Assembly (NCBI RefSeq): GCF_039968975.1
Contig: NZ_JBDVOT010000185.1
Span: 3,807-67,806 of the forward strand
DNA: 64,000 nucleotides
Direction: 5' to 3'
Source: Maribacter sp.
GTDB taxonomy: Bacteria > Bacteroidota > Bacteroidia > Flavobacteriales > Flavobacteriaceae
Part shown: positions 18,417-28,571 of the stretch, in pieces
Numbering within the stretch: position 1 is the first letter of the stretch
Layout: every line of letters begins with the position of its first letter
Notes under the pieces: generated by a model
What the model was told of the DNA's origin: nothing
What the model saw: only the letters and a program-made list of their open reading frames with translations
Databases searched by the model: none
Translations under genes and position numbers: made by a program

Positions 18417-19610
18417 ATGAAGAAAATACTATTGAAGAGGTCTTTTGTATTGATTTTGATTGCTTTAAATACAGCATGCGGTGTACATATAGATGAAAAG
18501 AAATTATTGGTCAAAGAAATTGAAATCATAAAAAATGCATTTGCACCAGATAAGCGTACTGCTCTCTTTAATTTAGAAGTATTAGATGGTCCGTCTGGCT
18601 TTATTTTAGCTGGTGAAACCAATTTACCGCTAGCCGTAGATTCTTTGAACAGTCTATTAAAAGATAAAGGCATTGAAGCTACCAATGATATTAAAATTTT
18701 ACCTGCAGATGAATTAGAGGGTATGACGAAAGCAGTTATCAACATCTCTGCCGCTAATCTTAGAAGTAATCCTAAACATTCTGCAGAACTTGCAACACAG
18801 GCTACATTAGGTACTGTTGTACATGTTTTAAAAAAAGAAGGAGATTGGTATTTGATACAAACACCAGATAAATATTTGGCATGGGTTGACTTAGGTGGAA
18901 TACAACTAATGAATGCAGATGCTATTGAAAAGTGGATAGCTTCAGATAAAATTATTTACACAAATACCTATGGTCATGCATTTAGTTCTAAAGAGACTAA
19001 AAGCAGAACCTCTGACATTGTTGCCGGTAGTTTATTAAAACTATTAGGTAGTGATGATGAGTTCTATAAAATTGAATTTCCAGATGGTAGACAAGCATAT
19101 ATTTTAAAGACCGAAGCAGAAAAATATAACACCTGGCTTTCAAACTTAAACTTTAATGCTGATTCACTTATTGCAACCTCAAAAACGTTAATGGGAGTAC
19201 CTTATCTATGGGGCGGTACTTCTACAAAAGGTGTTGACTGCAGTGGTTATACAAAAACTATATATTACCTGAACGGTATGGTTATACCACGTGATGCCTC
19301 TCAGCAAGTACATGCAGGTAAGCCTATAGATTCAATTGCTGATTTTAGTAAATTAAAGAAAGGTGATTTATTGTTCTTTGGAAGAAGAGCTACGGAAACC
19401 ACTTCAGAGAAAGTAGTTCATGTAGGCATGTGGATTGGTGATAATCAGTTTATACATTCTTCTGAAATGGTTCGTATAAGTAGTGTTGATAAAGACTCAC
19501 CAAATTATGATGCGTTCAATGTAGGTAGATATTTAAGAACACAGCGCTTATTAAATGAAGAAGACCCATTGCTTCAAAACTTAAATATTTCAATACCAAT
19601 TAAAGATTAA
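18417..19610 (+). CDS. C40 family (NlpC/P60) peptidase with N-terminal SH3-like domains
   Basis: 397 aa with a lipoprotein signal (LIALNTAC). Bacterial SH3-like segments are present. The catalytic Cys context is GVDCSGYTKTIYY, followed by a ..HVGMWIGDNQFIHS His motif. Confidence 0.85.
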   Translation: MKKILLKRSFVLILIALNTACGVHIDEKKLLVKEIEIIKNAFAPDKRTALFNLEVLDGPSGFILAGETNLPLAVDSLNSLLKDKGIEATNDIKILPADELEGMTKAVINISAANLRSNPKHSAELATQATLGTVVHVLKKEGDWYLIQTPDKYLAWVDLGGIQLMNADAIEKWIASDKIIYTNTYGHAFSSKETKSRTSDIVAGSLLKLLGSDDEFYKIEFPDGRQAYILKTEAEKYNTWLSNLNFNADSLIATSKTLMGVPYLWGGTSTKGVDCSGYTKTIYYLNGMVIPRDASQQVHAGKPIDSIADFSKLKKGDLLFFGRRATETTSEKVVHVGMWIGDNQFIHSSEMVRISSVDKDSPNYDAFNVGRYLRTQRLLNEEDPLLQNLNISIPIKD

Positions 19611-19712
19611 ACTGTTTGGTTAATTTAAAGGTGTTTCATCGATTTTAAGACAAAAATTATAACATAGTAATAAAGTGTTCGTTTTATGATAGTTATCTAT
19701 CATTCACGTGCT

Positions 19713-20342
19713 ATGAAAAAAACAACACTTCTAGTTTTAATCTGCTGTTTTGTAGGATCATCTATTGCTATTGCCCAAAAAGATGCAGGTACCATTTATT
19801 TTAAGGACGGAAACAAAATTCAAGGTTTAGTTAAACTCGTAAACGGAGACCAAGTAAAATTTAAAAAAAATAGAGGAGATAAACCAGAAAAATATCATTT
19901 TGAAAATCTAGAGCAAGTAGTAATTAATGATAGAGAAGAACCTTCTACATATGTATATTTAGAAACAAAAAAAGGCTATTTCAATGTTGTAAGAGAACTA
20001 GAAATAGGTACCGTTAACTTATATGTTCTTGAACAAACTGGGTATTCTTCACCAATGTTTGTAGGTGTTGCTAATGGTCAAATGAATATGGCACACGGTA
20101 ATTACTACGATATTAAAAACCTTTTTGTTAGAAGAGGCGTAAATGGTGAAATTACACACTTAGGTTCTAATCAACTTTTCAGTAAGAATTTTAAAAATGC
20201 AGCTTCTACCTATTTTTCAGATTGCCCCGTTTTAGTGGAGAAGATTCTAAATAAAGAATATAAGAAAAAGCATGTAAGAGATATTGTTAACTTTTATAAT
20301 CTACAATGTAATGATCAACATGTACTAATTCTGAAAAAATAG
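19713..20342 (+). CDS. hypothetical secreted protein
   Basis: The ORF is open from 19686. The ATG at 19713 gives a clean signal peptide, MKKTTLLVLICCFVGSSIAIAQ. No family recognised. Confidence 0.55.
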   Translation: MKKTTLLVLICCFVGSSIAIAQKDAGTIYFKDGNKIQGLVKLVNGDQVKFKKNRGDKPEKYHFENLEQVVINDREEPSTYVYLETKKGYFNVVRELEIGTVNLYVLEQTGYSSPMFVGVANGQMNMAHGNYYDIKNLFVRRGVNGEITHLGSNQLFSKNFKNAASTYFSDCPVLVEKILNKEYKKKHVRDIVNFYNLQCNDQHVLILKK

Positions 20343-20356
20343 AACAAGAAGATTAA

Positions 20357-21862
20357 TTAATCCGCCGTAATAAACTCGCGTATATCTTTACTTAGTTGAA
20401 TAAAATCTGGTTCATGTGTATACATCATATGACCTGCTTCATAGTACTTCATATCAACACGCTCTTTTACGATTCCGTTTCGATCAAATGTATATTCAGC
20501 ATCAAAAAACGGAGTAATTAAATCATAATATCCACTGGCAACCATTACTTTCATTGCGGTATTTCTGCGCATGGTTTCCCCTAGATCCGGAGCTGTATTT
20601 ACTGGCATAGGTTCCCAATATTTACCATCTGGCACTGTTCTCCATCTCCAATTAGATCCACCACCAGAAGTAATATAAGGTCTATCCATTTTCACCTTAA
20701 GTTCTGAAGCAAAATAATGATTTAAACTAGCAGTATAGGCAGCACTTATTTGATAACTAGCGGCATCTCCTAAATGTGGTTTTTCAGATACTTTATCTTC
20801 TTCTTCTCCCATAAATCTTCCGTCAAGTCTGCCAATAGCCAAACCTTTATCTTCTAGTAATTTTTTCTGAAATCTACCCATTAATATTCTCAAGTTAGAC
20901 TGCAGAATATATGTTTTATCCAATCCTGTAAAATAAGAAAGCTTTTCAGCCAAAGTATTCTTTTCAGCATCGCTCAAGGAATTGCCTTTGTATAAAGAAG
21001 GCACGTAGGTATTATATGTAAAATCTCTACATTCTTGGGTAAAGTCTTCTAAAGATTTACCTTGACCTGCTTTTTTATGATACCATGCTGTAGCCGCCAT
21101 ACTAGGCAAATAAGTAATGAACGATGTAATGTTATTTGAAATGGATGTTGAACCGGCATAATCTAGTGCCTGTGATATAAGTATCATTCCGTTGAGCGCC
21201 ATGTTTTGACCAGAACCCTCCAATGCTTTTCCTAGAGCAGCAGCACGTGTAGTTCCATAACTTTCGCCAGCTAAATATTTAGGTGAAAACCAACGTTCAT
21301 TTTCTGTTACCCACTTTCTAATAAATTGGGCAAAAGAATTTACATCCTCTTTTAATCCGTAAAAATCTTTTCCTTCACCTTTTCCTACCAACCTGCTGTA
21401 ACCGGTACCTACAGGGTCTATAAATACCAAATCTGTAATATCAAGTAAACCGTGATCATTGTTTACCAAGTTGTATGGAGCGGCGCCGTCATCAGATTTT
21501 GCATCAGAATCTACTTTTACAATTTTTGGTCCGAAAAAACCCATATGCAACCACATAGAAGCAGATCCTGGTCCGCCATTGAAAACAAAGGTTACCGGTC
21601 TTTTAGTAACATCTCCCATACTAGTTTTAGTATAGGCAACAGACCAAAAAGTAGCAATAGAATCTCCTTCTTTATTGGTTAAAAAAGTTTCTTTGGCCGT
21701 GGTTGTATAATCAATAGATGTACCGCCAAAAGTGCCTTTATGTTTGGTTATAAAAGATTTTGCTTCTGGTATAGGCTTTGGCTGTTCTTCTTTTTTTGAG
21801 TTTTGTGCTTTGGTAGATTGAAGAAGTAAAATACAACTAGCTAATAAAAGTAGATTTCTCAT
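20357..21862 (-). CDS. S10 family serine carboxypeptidase-like peptidase
   Basis: 501 aa with a signal peptide. It has FNGGPGSASMWLHMG and a nucleophile elbow, LAGESYG. Confidence 0.85.
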   Translation of the reverse strand: MRNLLLLASCILLLQSTKAQNSKKEEQPKPIPEAKSFITKHKGTFGGTSIDYTTTAKETFLTNKEGDSIATFWSVAYTKTSMGDVTKRPVTFVFNGGPGSASMWLHMGFFGPKIVKVDSDAKSDDGAAPYNLVNNDHGLLDITDLVFIDPVGTGYSRLVGKGEGKDFYGLKEDVNSFAQFIRKWVTENERWFSPKYLAGESYGTTRAAALGKALEGSGQNMALNGMILISQALDYAGSTSISNNITSFITYLPSMAATAWYHKKAGQGKSLEDFTQECRDFTYNTYVPSLYKGNSLSDAEKNTLAEKLSYFTGLDKTYILQSNLRILMGRFQKKLLEDKGLAIGRLDGRFMGEEEDKVSEKPHLGDAASYQISAAYTASLNHYFASELKVKMDRPYITSGGGSNWRWRTVPDGKYWEPMPVNTAPDLGETMRRNTAMKVMVASGYYDLITPFFDAEYTFDRNGIVKERVDMKYYEAGHMMYTHEPDFIQLSKDIREFITAD

Positions 21863-22061
21863 TTTAAATTAAGGTATTGTTGGTGGTGTTAGTTTGTACA
21901 TTTAAAAGTAAGGATAATAAATGAACAGAAACACTGCTCCTTAATGGAATCTAATTCTATAATAGTAACCTTTAAATATCAGAACATTGAGTATATTTAA
22001 AAGTGAAATTTTACAATAGTTCCCTCTTTTGAATAAATAAAATCAACCAAACAGTATCAAC

Positions 22062-22933
22062 ATGAAAAAACAACAACTTAAGTAATAATTACTGGGAACT
22101 ACACTTTTATTTTTATTAAGATGCGGATTAATTACCTCGCAAGTAACAAACGATGGTTGGGAAACCATGTTCAATGGTACTGATTTAAATGGATGGACAA
22201 CAAAAGTGCACCATTACGAAGTAGGTGATAATTATGCGGATACCTTTAGGGCAGAAGATAATATGGTTAAGGTGAGGTATGATAAATACGAAGGGGAATT
22301 CAATAATAAATATGCTCATTTATGCTATGATAAGCCTTTTTCAGATTTTCATTTAACGATGCAATATCGTTTTGTAGGTGAACTATATAGAGGTGCGCCA
22401 GATTATACTATTTTGAACAGCGGAGTAATGTTTCATTCTCAAGATCCACGAACGATGTTAAAGGAGCAAGACTGGCCCATTAGTGTTGAAATACAATTTT
22501 TAGCGGGAGTATAAGAAGGTGTAGAACGCCCAACAGGTAATATGTGCTCACCAGGTACCGATGTGGTTTTTGAAGGTAAATAGACCCTAGACATTGTATT
22601 AATTCAACATCAGACACCTATTATGGTGATCAATGGGTAACTGCAGAGTTAGTTGTTTATCACGATTCATTGGTAAAGCATATTATTAACGGAAAAACAG
22701 TATTAGAATACACAAAACCACAAATTGGTGGTGGTGTAGCTAAAGGTTATGACCCTAAAATGAAACAAGATGGTAAGTTGTTAACAGAAGGTTTTATTGC
22801 TTTACAAAGTGAAGGTCAACCAATTGATTTCAGAGCTATTAAAATTCGAAATTTAAAAGGATGCACAGACCCAAAAGCAAATAACTTTAAGGCATACTAC
22901 CAAGTATCGGATAAAGAAGCTTGCACCTATTAA
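22062..22933 (+). pseudogene. decayed DUF1080 (3-keto-disaccharide hydrolase family) gene with 2 nonsense sites and 1 frameshift
   Basis: The ATG at 22062 reads MKKQQLK then TAA TAA (22083..22088) inside the signal peptide, in frame with ORF 22167..22514 (GWETMFNGTDLNGW..NSGVMFHSQDP). A second nonsense TAA lies at 22512. The frame is lost at the A-run 22578..22580, after which the reading frame continues as IDPRHCINSTSDTYYGDQWVTAEL.. into ORF 22670..22933. Confidence 0.8.
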
Positions 22934-22940
22934 GTGGCAA

Positions 22941-24572
22941 CTATTTTAAAATTGCGCTGTATTTAGAATTATTTCTCAATAACTCGGTAGCCGCTAAAAT
23001 AGCATCGTCATTATTTAGGTAATATTGGTATAAACCATCTCTGTAGAAATAACGCTTAACAATTTCATCTTCTAGGTTCTTTTGAATCTCGCTTTGGTAT
23101 TTGTCTAACGCGTTAATTTTACCCTTTTCTATGTTCGCTAATAAGGTTTTATAGCTATCCTTAACATCTGAGCCTAAAAAGTCGTTTTCATCACCTGACA
23201 GTGCTTTTTTGATTGCTTCTTCTGCCTTGGTCTCAAAAGAGAAACTACTTTGTTTTACATAGTTTTTAAAAGCATTAAAATCAGCATCAGTAAATTTGAA
23301 ATCGGCAACATCGTTATACTTATGTGTATAATGATAATTGGTAGCATAATCGAAAATTACATTATTCTGTAGTAAAGCCAATGTAAGGTCATTTGTTTTT
23401 GAAGTAGCTACCTCTATATCTGGTAAAATACCACCACCGTCTTGTACTTTTCTACCGTTACGGGTAGTAAAATCGTTGAAGGTAGTATTACGAACTGCCT
23501 TACCACTTTCATCTCTATTCCAATAATCTAATGATTGTATACAACGACCAGAAGAAGTGTAATATCTAGAAATGGTCACTTTTAATTGGGTACCATAAGT
23601 TAGTTTTAGAGGGCGTTGCACCAAGCCTTTTCCAAAGCTTCTAGCACCCATAATAACCGCTCTATCTAAATCTTGTAAACTACCGGATACAATTTCACTG
23701 GCAGAGGCACTACTTCCATTTACCAATACAACTAATGGAATTTCCTCATCCACGGGTTGGTTGTTGGTATGGTATTCACGGTTAAATTTCTTGACCTTGG
23801 ATTTTGTAGTCACCACCAACTCGCCTTTAGGCACAAATAAGTTGGTCACATTAATAGCTTCGGATAATAAACCACCAGGGTTGCCTCTTAAATCCAATAT
23901 AATTTTTTCAGCACCTTTTCCTTTTAAATCTAATAAGGCAGATTTGGTCTGTTCCGTTGCTTTGGCATTAAACTTTGCTAAAACAATATAACCGGTTTTG
24001 TTATCGATCATTTTAAAGAAAGGTACCGCATCTACTTCAATACCTTCACGAGTAATACTTGTGGTGTTTAATTTGCCTTGTCTTTTATAAGTAACATTAA
24101 TTGTTGATCCGTTAGCTCCTTTTAAAAGCTCACTGGCATTATCTTCAAAATCTGCTACTTTGATATCTCCAATCTGTATAATTTCATCACCGGCCTTTAA
24201 TCCTGCTTTATCTGCCGGATATCCTTGATGCGGTTCTATAATTAACAATCTATCATCAAAAGAACGCACCATGGCACCTATACCCGAGTATTCACCGGCG
24301 TTGTTTATGCGATACGTTTCAACATCTTGTTCGTTTAAAAATTTGGTATAGGGATCTAATTCATTCAGCATATTTTTAATGGCGGTATCCATTAATTCTG
24401 CCGGGTTGGTTTCATCCACGTAGTTCATGTTCAATTCTTTGAACAAGGTGGTAAAGATTTCGATCTGTTTGGCTATCTCAAAAAAGTCGCTCTTATAACT
24501 ACTTCCAACAAATAGAAAAGCGATGGCAATTATGGGTACAAGTACTTTTTTACTTACTATTTTTTTCATCAA
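22941..24572 (-). CDS. S41 family carboxy-terminal processing peptidase with PDZ domain
   Basis: 543 aa. The PDZ segment is PADKAGLKAGDEIIQIGD, with LDLRGNPGGLL and the catalytic-region SASASEIVSGSLQD. Confidence 0.92.
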   Translation of the reverse strand: MMKKIVSKKVLVPIIAIAFLFVGSSYKSDFFEIAKQIEIFTTLFKELNMNYVDETNPAELMDTAIKNMLNELDPYTKFLNEQDVETYRINNAGEYSGIGAMVRSFDDRLLIIEPHQGYPADKAGLKAGDEIIQIGDIKVADFEDNASELLKGANGSTINVTYKRQGKLNTTSITREGIEVDAVPFFKMIDNKTGYIVLAKFNAKATEQTKSALLDLKGKGAEKIILDLRGNPGGLLSEAINVTNLFVPKGELVVTTKSKVKKFNREYHTNNQPVDEEIPLVVLVNGSSASASEIVSGSLQDLDRAVIMGARSFGKGLVQRPLKLTYGTQLKVTISRYYTSSGRCIQSLDYWNRDESGKAVRNTTFNDFTTRNGRKVQDGGGILPDIEVATSKTNDLTLALLQNNVIFDYATNYHYTHKYNDVADFKFTDADFNAFKNYVKQSSFSFETKAEEAIKKALSGDENDFLGSDVKDSYKTLLANIEKGKINALDKYQSEIQKNLEDEIVKRYFYRDGLYQYYLNNDDAILAATELLRNNSKYSAILK

Positions 24573-24933
24573 TTTGTAGCTTAAACTTGTTTAAAACGAG
24601 CTTCATTTTATGATCTAACTGCTCAAAGGTGGGCATATCCTTACCAAGGTATAAAAATAGAAACGCAAAGTTTGCTTCTGTATTGTTAAAAACCAAGGCT
24701 TTGTTAAGTCTGTAAGACTCTCTTAGCAAACGTTTAATGTTATTTCTATCAACGGCACTTTTAAAATTGCGCTTAGATACCGTAACTGCAGTTTTAATAG
24801 GAACTTCTTTTTTCTCTACGGATAGATAAATTAATTTCAACGGATAAACGGAAATACCCCTACCCTCTTCGAACAATTGGGTTATGAGTATTTTACTTTT
24901 TAGTTTTTCCTTTTTTCCGAAGGTTGCATTCAT
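24550..24933 (-). CDS. rnpA: ribonuclease P protein component
   Basis: 127 aa, basic, with VSKRNFKSAVDRNNIKRLLRESYR (the RNR-motif region). It overlaps the S41 peptidase start by 23 nt. Confidence 0.9.
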   Translation of the reverse strand: MNATFGKKEKLKSKILITQLFEEGRGISVYPLKLIYLSVEKKEVPIKTAVTVSKRNFKSAVDRNNIKRLLRESYRLNKALVFNNTEANFAFLFLYLGKDMPTFEQLDHKMKLVLNKFKLQIDEKNSK

Positions 24934-24948
24934 TTATAAAAGAAGTTT

Positions 24949-24978
24949 AAAAAAAGAATTAGCCCCCAATATGGGGGC
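24949..24978 (-). terminator. rho-independent terminator after the M1 peptidase gene
   Basis: On the minus strand, GCCCCCATATTGGGGGC is followed by TAATTCTTTTTTT. Confidence 0.75.
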
Positions 24979-25007
24979 ATTTATATCTTAAAGATTAGCA
25001 AAAGATA

Positions 25008-26861
25008 CTACTCTGTTTGCCAAACATTATTCTCTAAATTAACATCTGCCATTAACTGAGAAGGATCTATTACAATTGCTTGTATTGAAGACATTGGTTT
25101 ATTGATTTCAAAATCATAGGTTGGGTAAGCCCATGGCCAATCATCGATTACAGTTCTTTCAATACCCTCATATGGGTTCTCTTTTTCGCCTCGCATCATT
25201 CGTATAGGAGCGTAAAAAGTTTCTTTGGTACCATCATTATAAACCACCAAAACATCTAAAGGCATTGGCATAAGACCAATACGTTCTAAAGTAACTTTAG
25301 TGTTGTTTTCAGATGCCGAAACGTCTTTGATACCATAATCAATAGTATTCGTTGTCTGTGTCCAATCTGTTAAGTACCAATCTAGTTCAAAACCAGATAC
25401 CTTTTCAGCAACACGTTTAAAATCATTAGGTACAGGGTGCTTAAATTTAAACTCTTCATAATACTTACGAATAGTTTCCATCAACTTATCTTGACCTATA
25501 ACATAGCCTAACTGAGATAAAAATATAGAGCCCTTGCTATACGCAGAAATACCATAAGCAAAGTTAAGAGCGTAACGATCGGCATAGGTACCTTGAGGTT
25601 GTTCTTTGCCCGAAAGCGCCAAATTTCTATAGCCTTTATAAGTACCCTCAAATGGATTCTCTTTTTCATAGTCCATAATTTCAGTCATACAAAGCTTAGA
25701 TATAAAAGAAGTAAAACCTTCATCCATCCACTCATGTTTAGCTTCATTAGTGGCTAAAATGTGTTGAAACCAAGAGTGCGCCATTTCATGAGCCATAACA
25801 CCTACAAGGCTACCGAACTTACGGTTACCTGTAATAAGTGTTGACATGGCATATTCCATACCACCATCGCCACCCTGAATAACAGAATATTGATCATAAG
25901 GATATTTACCTATATTCTTACTAAAGAACTCCATAGCCTCAATAGTTTTAGGCTGAAGTTTTTTCCAATTCTCTAAAATTTTAGCATCGTCTTTATATAG
26001 AAAATGAAGTACAGGTCCATCAGGTACTTGTTGAATATCATGAATATATTCTGGGTCTGCTGCCCACATAAAATCATGTACCATTGGGGCTTTAAAGTGC
26101 CAAGTTAATGTCTTGCCTTTTTGTTTTTTGATTTTAGTGCCAGGTGTTTCATACCCATGACCAATTTCGTTAGGGTTTTGCAAGTATCCGCTTCCACCAA
26201 CAGTATAGTCTTTGTCAATTGTCAATTTTACATCAAAATCACCCCAAACACCTTGAAACTCACGTGCAATATATGGATCGGCGTGCCAGCCTTCAAAGTC
26301 ATATTCTGCCAATTTTGGATACCATTGGCTCATTGACAAGGCAACGCCTTCTTCGCTATTTCTACCAGAACGTCTAATCTGTAAAGGTACTTGACCTTTA
26401 AATTCCATATTAAAGGTAGACTTTGCACCAGCAGCTATCGGTTTTGCTAAATCAACAACCAATACAGTACCTTCTTCAGAAAAGGAAACCTTGCTGCCAT
26501 CTTGTGTTAAAGAAGTAGCATGTAAGTAACCTATTTCACTATCGGTCAGAGAAGCAATTCTACTTTTCTTATCAGGCGTAGTCATTCTATCATCTGGATC
26601 GGCAATTGTCTGCAGGCGAATATCCATTTCACTACCTGGTTGAAAAGCGTTAAAATACAAATGGAAATAGACACGTTTTAACTCATCGGGTGAGTTGTTC
26701 GTATATACCAAGGTTTGAGTACCGGTATATTGAAAAGTCTCAACATCCATATCAACATCCATAGTATAATCAACATGTTGCTGCCAATAATCTGTCTTAT
26801 TCTGAGCTAGCAACCCTATAGAAAAAATTGCTGTTAGAAATGTAAAAAATGATTTAGTCAT
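25008..26861 (-). CDS. M1 family metallopeptidase (aminopeptidase N-like)
   Basis: 617 aa with a signal peptide. It has GGMEY (GxMEN-like), the zinc site HEMAHSWF and a downstream WMDEGFTSF. Confidence 0.9.
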   Translation of the reverse strand: MTKSFFTFLTAIFSIGLLAQNKTDYWQQHVDYTMDVDMDVETFQYTGTQTLVYTNNSPDELKRVYFHLYFNAFQPGSEMDIRLQTIADPDDRMTTPDKKSRIASLTDSEIGYLHATSLTQDGSKVSFSEEGTVLVVDLAKPIAAGAKSTFNMEFKGQVPLQIRRSGRNSEEGVALSMSQWYPKLAEYDFEGWHADPYIAREFQGVWGDFDVKLTIDKDYTVGGSGYLQNPNEIGHGYETPGTKIKKQKGKTLTWHFKAPMVHDFMWAADPEYIHDIQQVPDGPVLHFLYKDDAKILENWKKLQPKTIEAMEFFSKNIGKYPYDQYSVIQGGDGGMEYAMSTLITGNRKFGSLVGVMAHEMAHSWFQHILATNEAKHEWMDEGFTSFISKLCMTEIMDYEKENPFEGTYKGYRNLALSGKEQPQGTYADRYALNFAYGISAYSKGSIFLSQLGYVIGQDKLMETIRKYYEEFKFKHPVPNDFKRVAEKVSGFELDWYLTDWTQTTNTIDYGIKDVSASENNTKVTLERIGLMPMPLDVLVVYNDGTKETFYAPIRMMRGEKENPYEGIERTVIDDWPWAYPTYDFEINKPMSSIQAIVIDPSQLMADVNLENNVWQTE

Positions 26862-26879
26862 ATATAAGTTGTGTAAGTA

Positions 26880-28529
26880 TTATAATTTTATCTGTCCTGC
26901 AGCTACTTTACTGGCTAAAACCAATGCATTGTAGGCATTTGCTATTTTACCAGAAGTAGAAATTTCATCTAAAGAACCACTTTTACCCGTGTTTTTACCT
27001 AGTACTACTTTTGTTTTAATCGGTAAACCAGATTGCAGTATTATTTTTTTCACTTGCGCAGCGGTTAAGCTTGGATATTGAGACATTACTAATGCAGCAA
27101 CACCTGCAACACCGGGTGCTGCCATAGAGGTACCCGGAGAATATTCATATTCGTTATTAGGGTATGAAGAATAGATATCTGTACCTGGAGCAAAAATATC
27201 TACATTAATTTTTCCGTAATTAGAATAGCTTGCTACCAATTCAGATCCGTATTTTGGGTTCAAGGCACCTACAGTTATTACGTTATCTGCAATTTCTGGT
27301 CCGTTGTTTATTTGGTCATTTGGAAAATTTGCGTTGACAGGGTTATCTAAATCTGCACCATCGTTACCGGCCGCATGAACAAAAAGCACATTATTGTCTG
27401 CAGCATATTTAATAGCATCATACACCCAATCAGCATTTGGAGAAAAAGATTTACCAAAACTCCCATTAATAACTCGCGCACCGTTATCTACTGCGTAACG
27501 AATACCTCTAGCAATATCCTTATCATACTCATCACCGTTAGGCACGGCTCTAATACTCATAATAGCAACATTGTTAGCACCACCGTTAGCACCTTTATCG
27601 TTGTTACGTTCAGCAGCTATTATACCTGCTACGTGTGTACCGTGACTTTCATCATCTACTCTATTATTAGGGTTTCCATTACCGTAGTCTACATCGTTGA
27701 TATCATAGGCATTATCACCAACAGAGGCCCTACCGTTGAAATCTTTATTTAGATTGTAGTTCAGTTGTTCTGAGTAATATTTAAGTCCGTTGTTCAATTC
27801 TTCAAGAACTTCAGGTATAGTATCTTTTATGCCGAACATTTGGTTTAAAATGGCTAGGTTACGCTGCATAGTCTCATCAGTAGCATTTATACCAGCTAAA
27901 TCTTCCTTGGTATAAGTTTCTTTATTTAAATACTTCTTTACATCTGCATCTGCATTTTTTACAGCTTGGTAAATAGATTCATATTGTTCTTTACCTTGTA
28001 AAGCCTCATTATAACTGGTATCTAATTTGGTTTTAGCTTTAGCTAAGGTAGCAGCATCACCTATGCCCAAGCGAAGCATACGAACATATTCTAACTGTTC
28101 GTTATAAGATTCACCCAAAAAGTTATAACCGTGTATATCGTCAATAAAGCCGTTACCATCATCATCTATGCCATTGCCAGCTTTTTCTTTGGTATTGGTC
28201 CATAATATATTTACAAGATCTTCATGATCTAAATCAATACCAGAATCAAGAACGGCAACAATTGTTTTTGTTCCTTTTTTGTTCTTAATGATTTCGCTGT
28301 ATGCTCTATCTACACTCATACCCGGAATGGTATCGGTAACTAAATCTAAGTGCCCCCAGTTATTCTTTTCACTAGTAGTAAGGTCAGAAATTTTTAATGG
28401 CGTAGCATCTATGTTTTCTACTGGGGTAAGAATTAATCCACTTCCACCAGCTGTTTTAGAGCTTCCGCAGCCTGTTAATATTGCAGCTATTGAAAGGGCA
28501 AAGATTGATTTAAAATATGAATTCGTCAT
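26880..28529 (-). CDS. S8 family (subtilisin-like) serine peptidase lipoprotein
   Basis: 549 aa with a lipobox (ILTGC). The catalytic triad contexts are VAVLDSGID, HGTHVAGIIAA and GTSMAAPGVAG. Confidence 0.93.
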   Translation of the reverse strand: MTNSYFKSIFALSIAAILTGCGSSKTAGGSGLILTPVENIDATPLKISDLTTSEKNNWGHLDLVTDTIPGMSVDRAYSEIIKNKKGTKTIVAVLDSGIDLDHEDLVNILWTNTKEKAGNGIDDDGNGFIDDIHGYNFLGESYNEQLEYVRMLRLGIGDAATLAKAKTKLDTSYNEALQGKEQYESIYQAVKNADADVKKYLNKETYTKEDLAGINATDETMQRNLAILNQMFGIKDTIPEVLEELNNGLKYYSEQLNYNLNKDFNGRASVGDNAYDINDVDYGNGNPNNRVDDESHGTHVAGIIAAERNNDKGANGGANNVAIMSIRAVPNGDEYDKDIARGIRYAVDNGARVINGSFGKSFSPNADWVYDAIKYAADNNVLFVHAAGNDGADLDNPVNANFPNDQINNGPEIADNVITVGALNPKYGSELVASYSNYGKINVDIFAPGTDIYSSYPNNEYEYSPGTSMAAPGVAGVAALVMSQYPSLTAAQVKKIILQSGLPIKTKVVLGKNTGKSGSLDEISTSGKIANAYNALVLASKVAAGQIKL

Positions 28530-28571
28530 ATATGGGCAACTAATTAGTTAATGTTTATTGTTAATATAAGA

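Noticed and set aside
18257-18745. A 162-aa minus-strand ORF spans the MTase start, the intergenic spacer and the 5' end of the C40 peptidase gene.
   Set aside because: It overlaps two well-supported genes on both strands and crosses their divergent promoter region. The translation is not protein-like by motif. I consider it spurious.
19288-19710. Other CACGTG cores (for example 19288..19293 and 19705..19710) were examined as additional parS sites.
   Set aside because: The flanks match the parS consensus at only about 10/16 positions or fewer and are not palindromic beyond the hexamer. These are chance E-box-like hexamers within or next to coding sequence.
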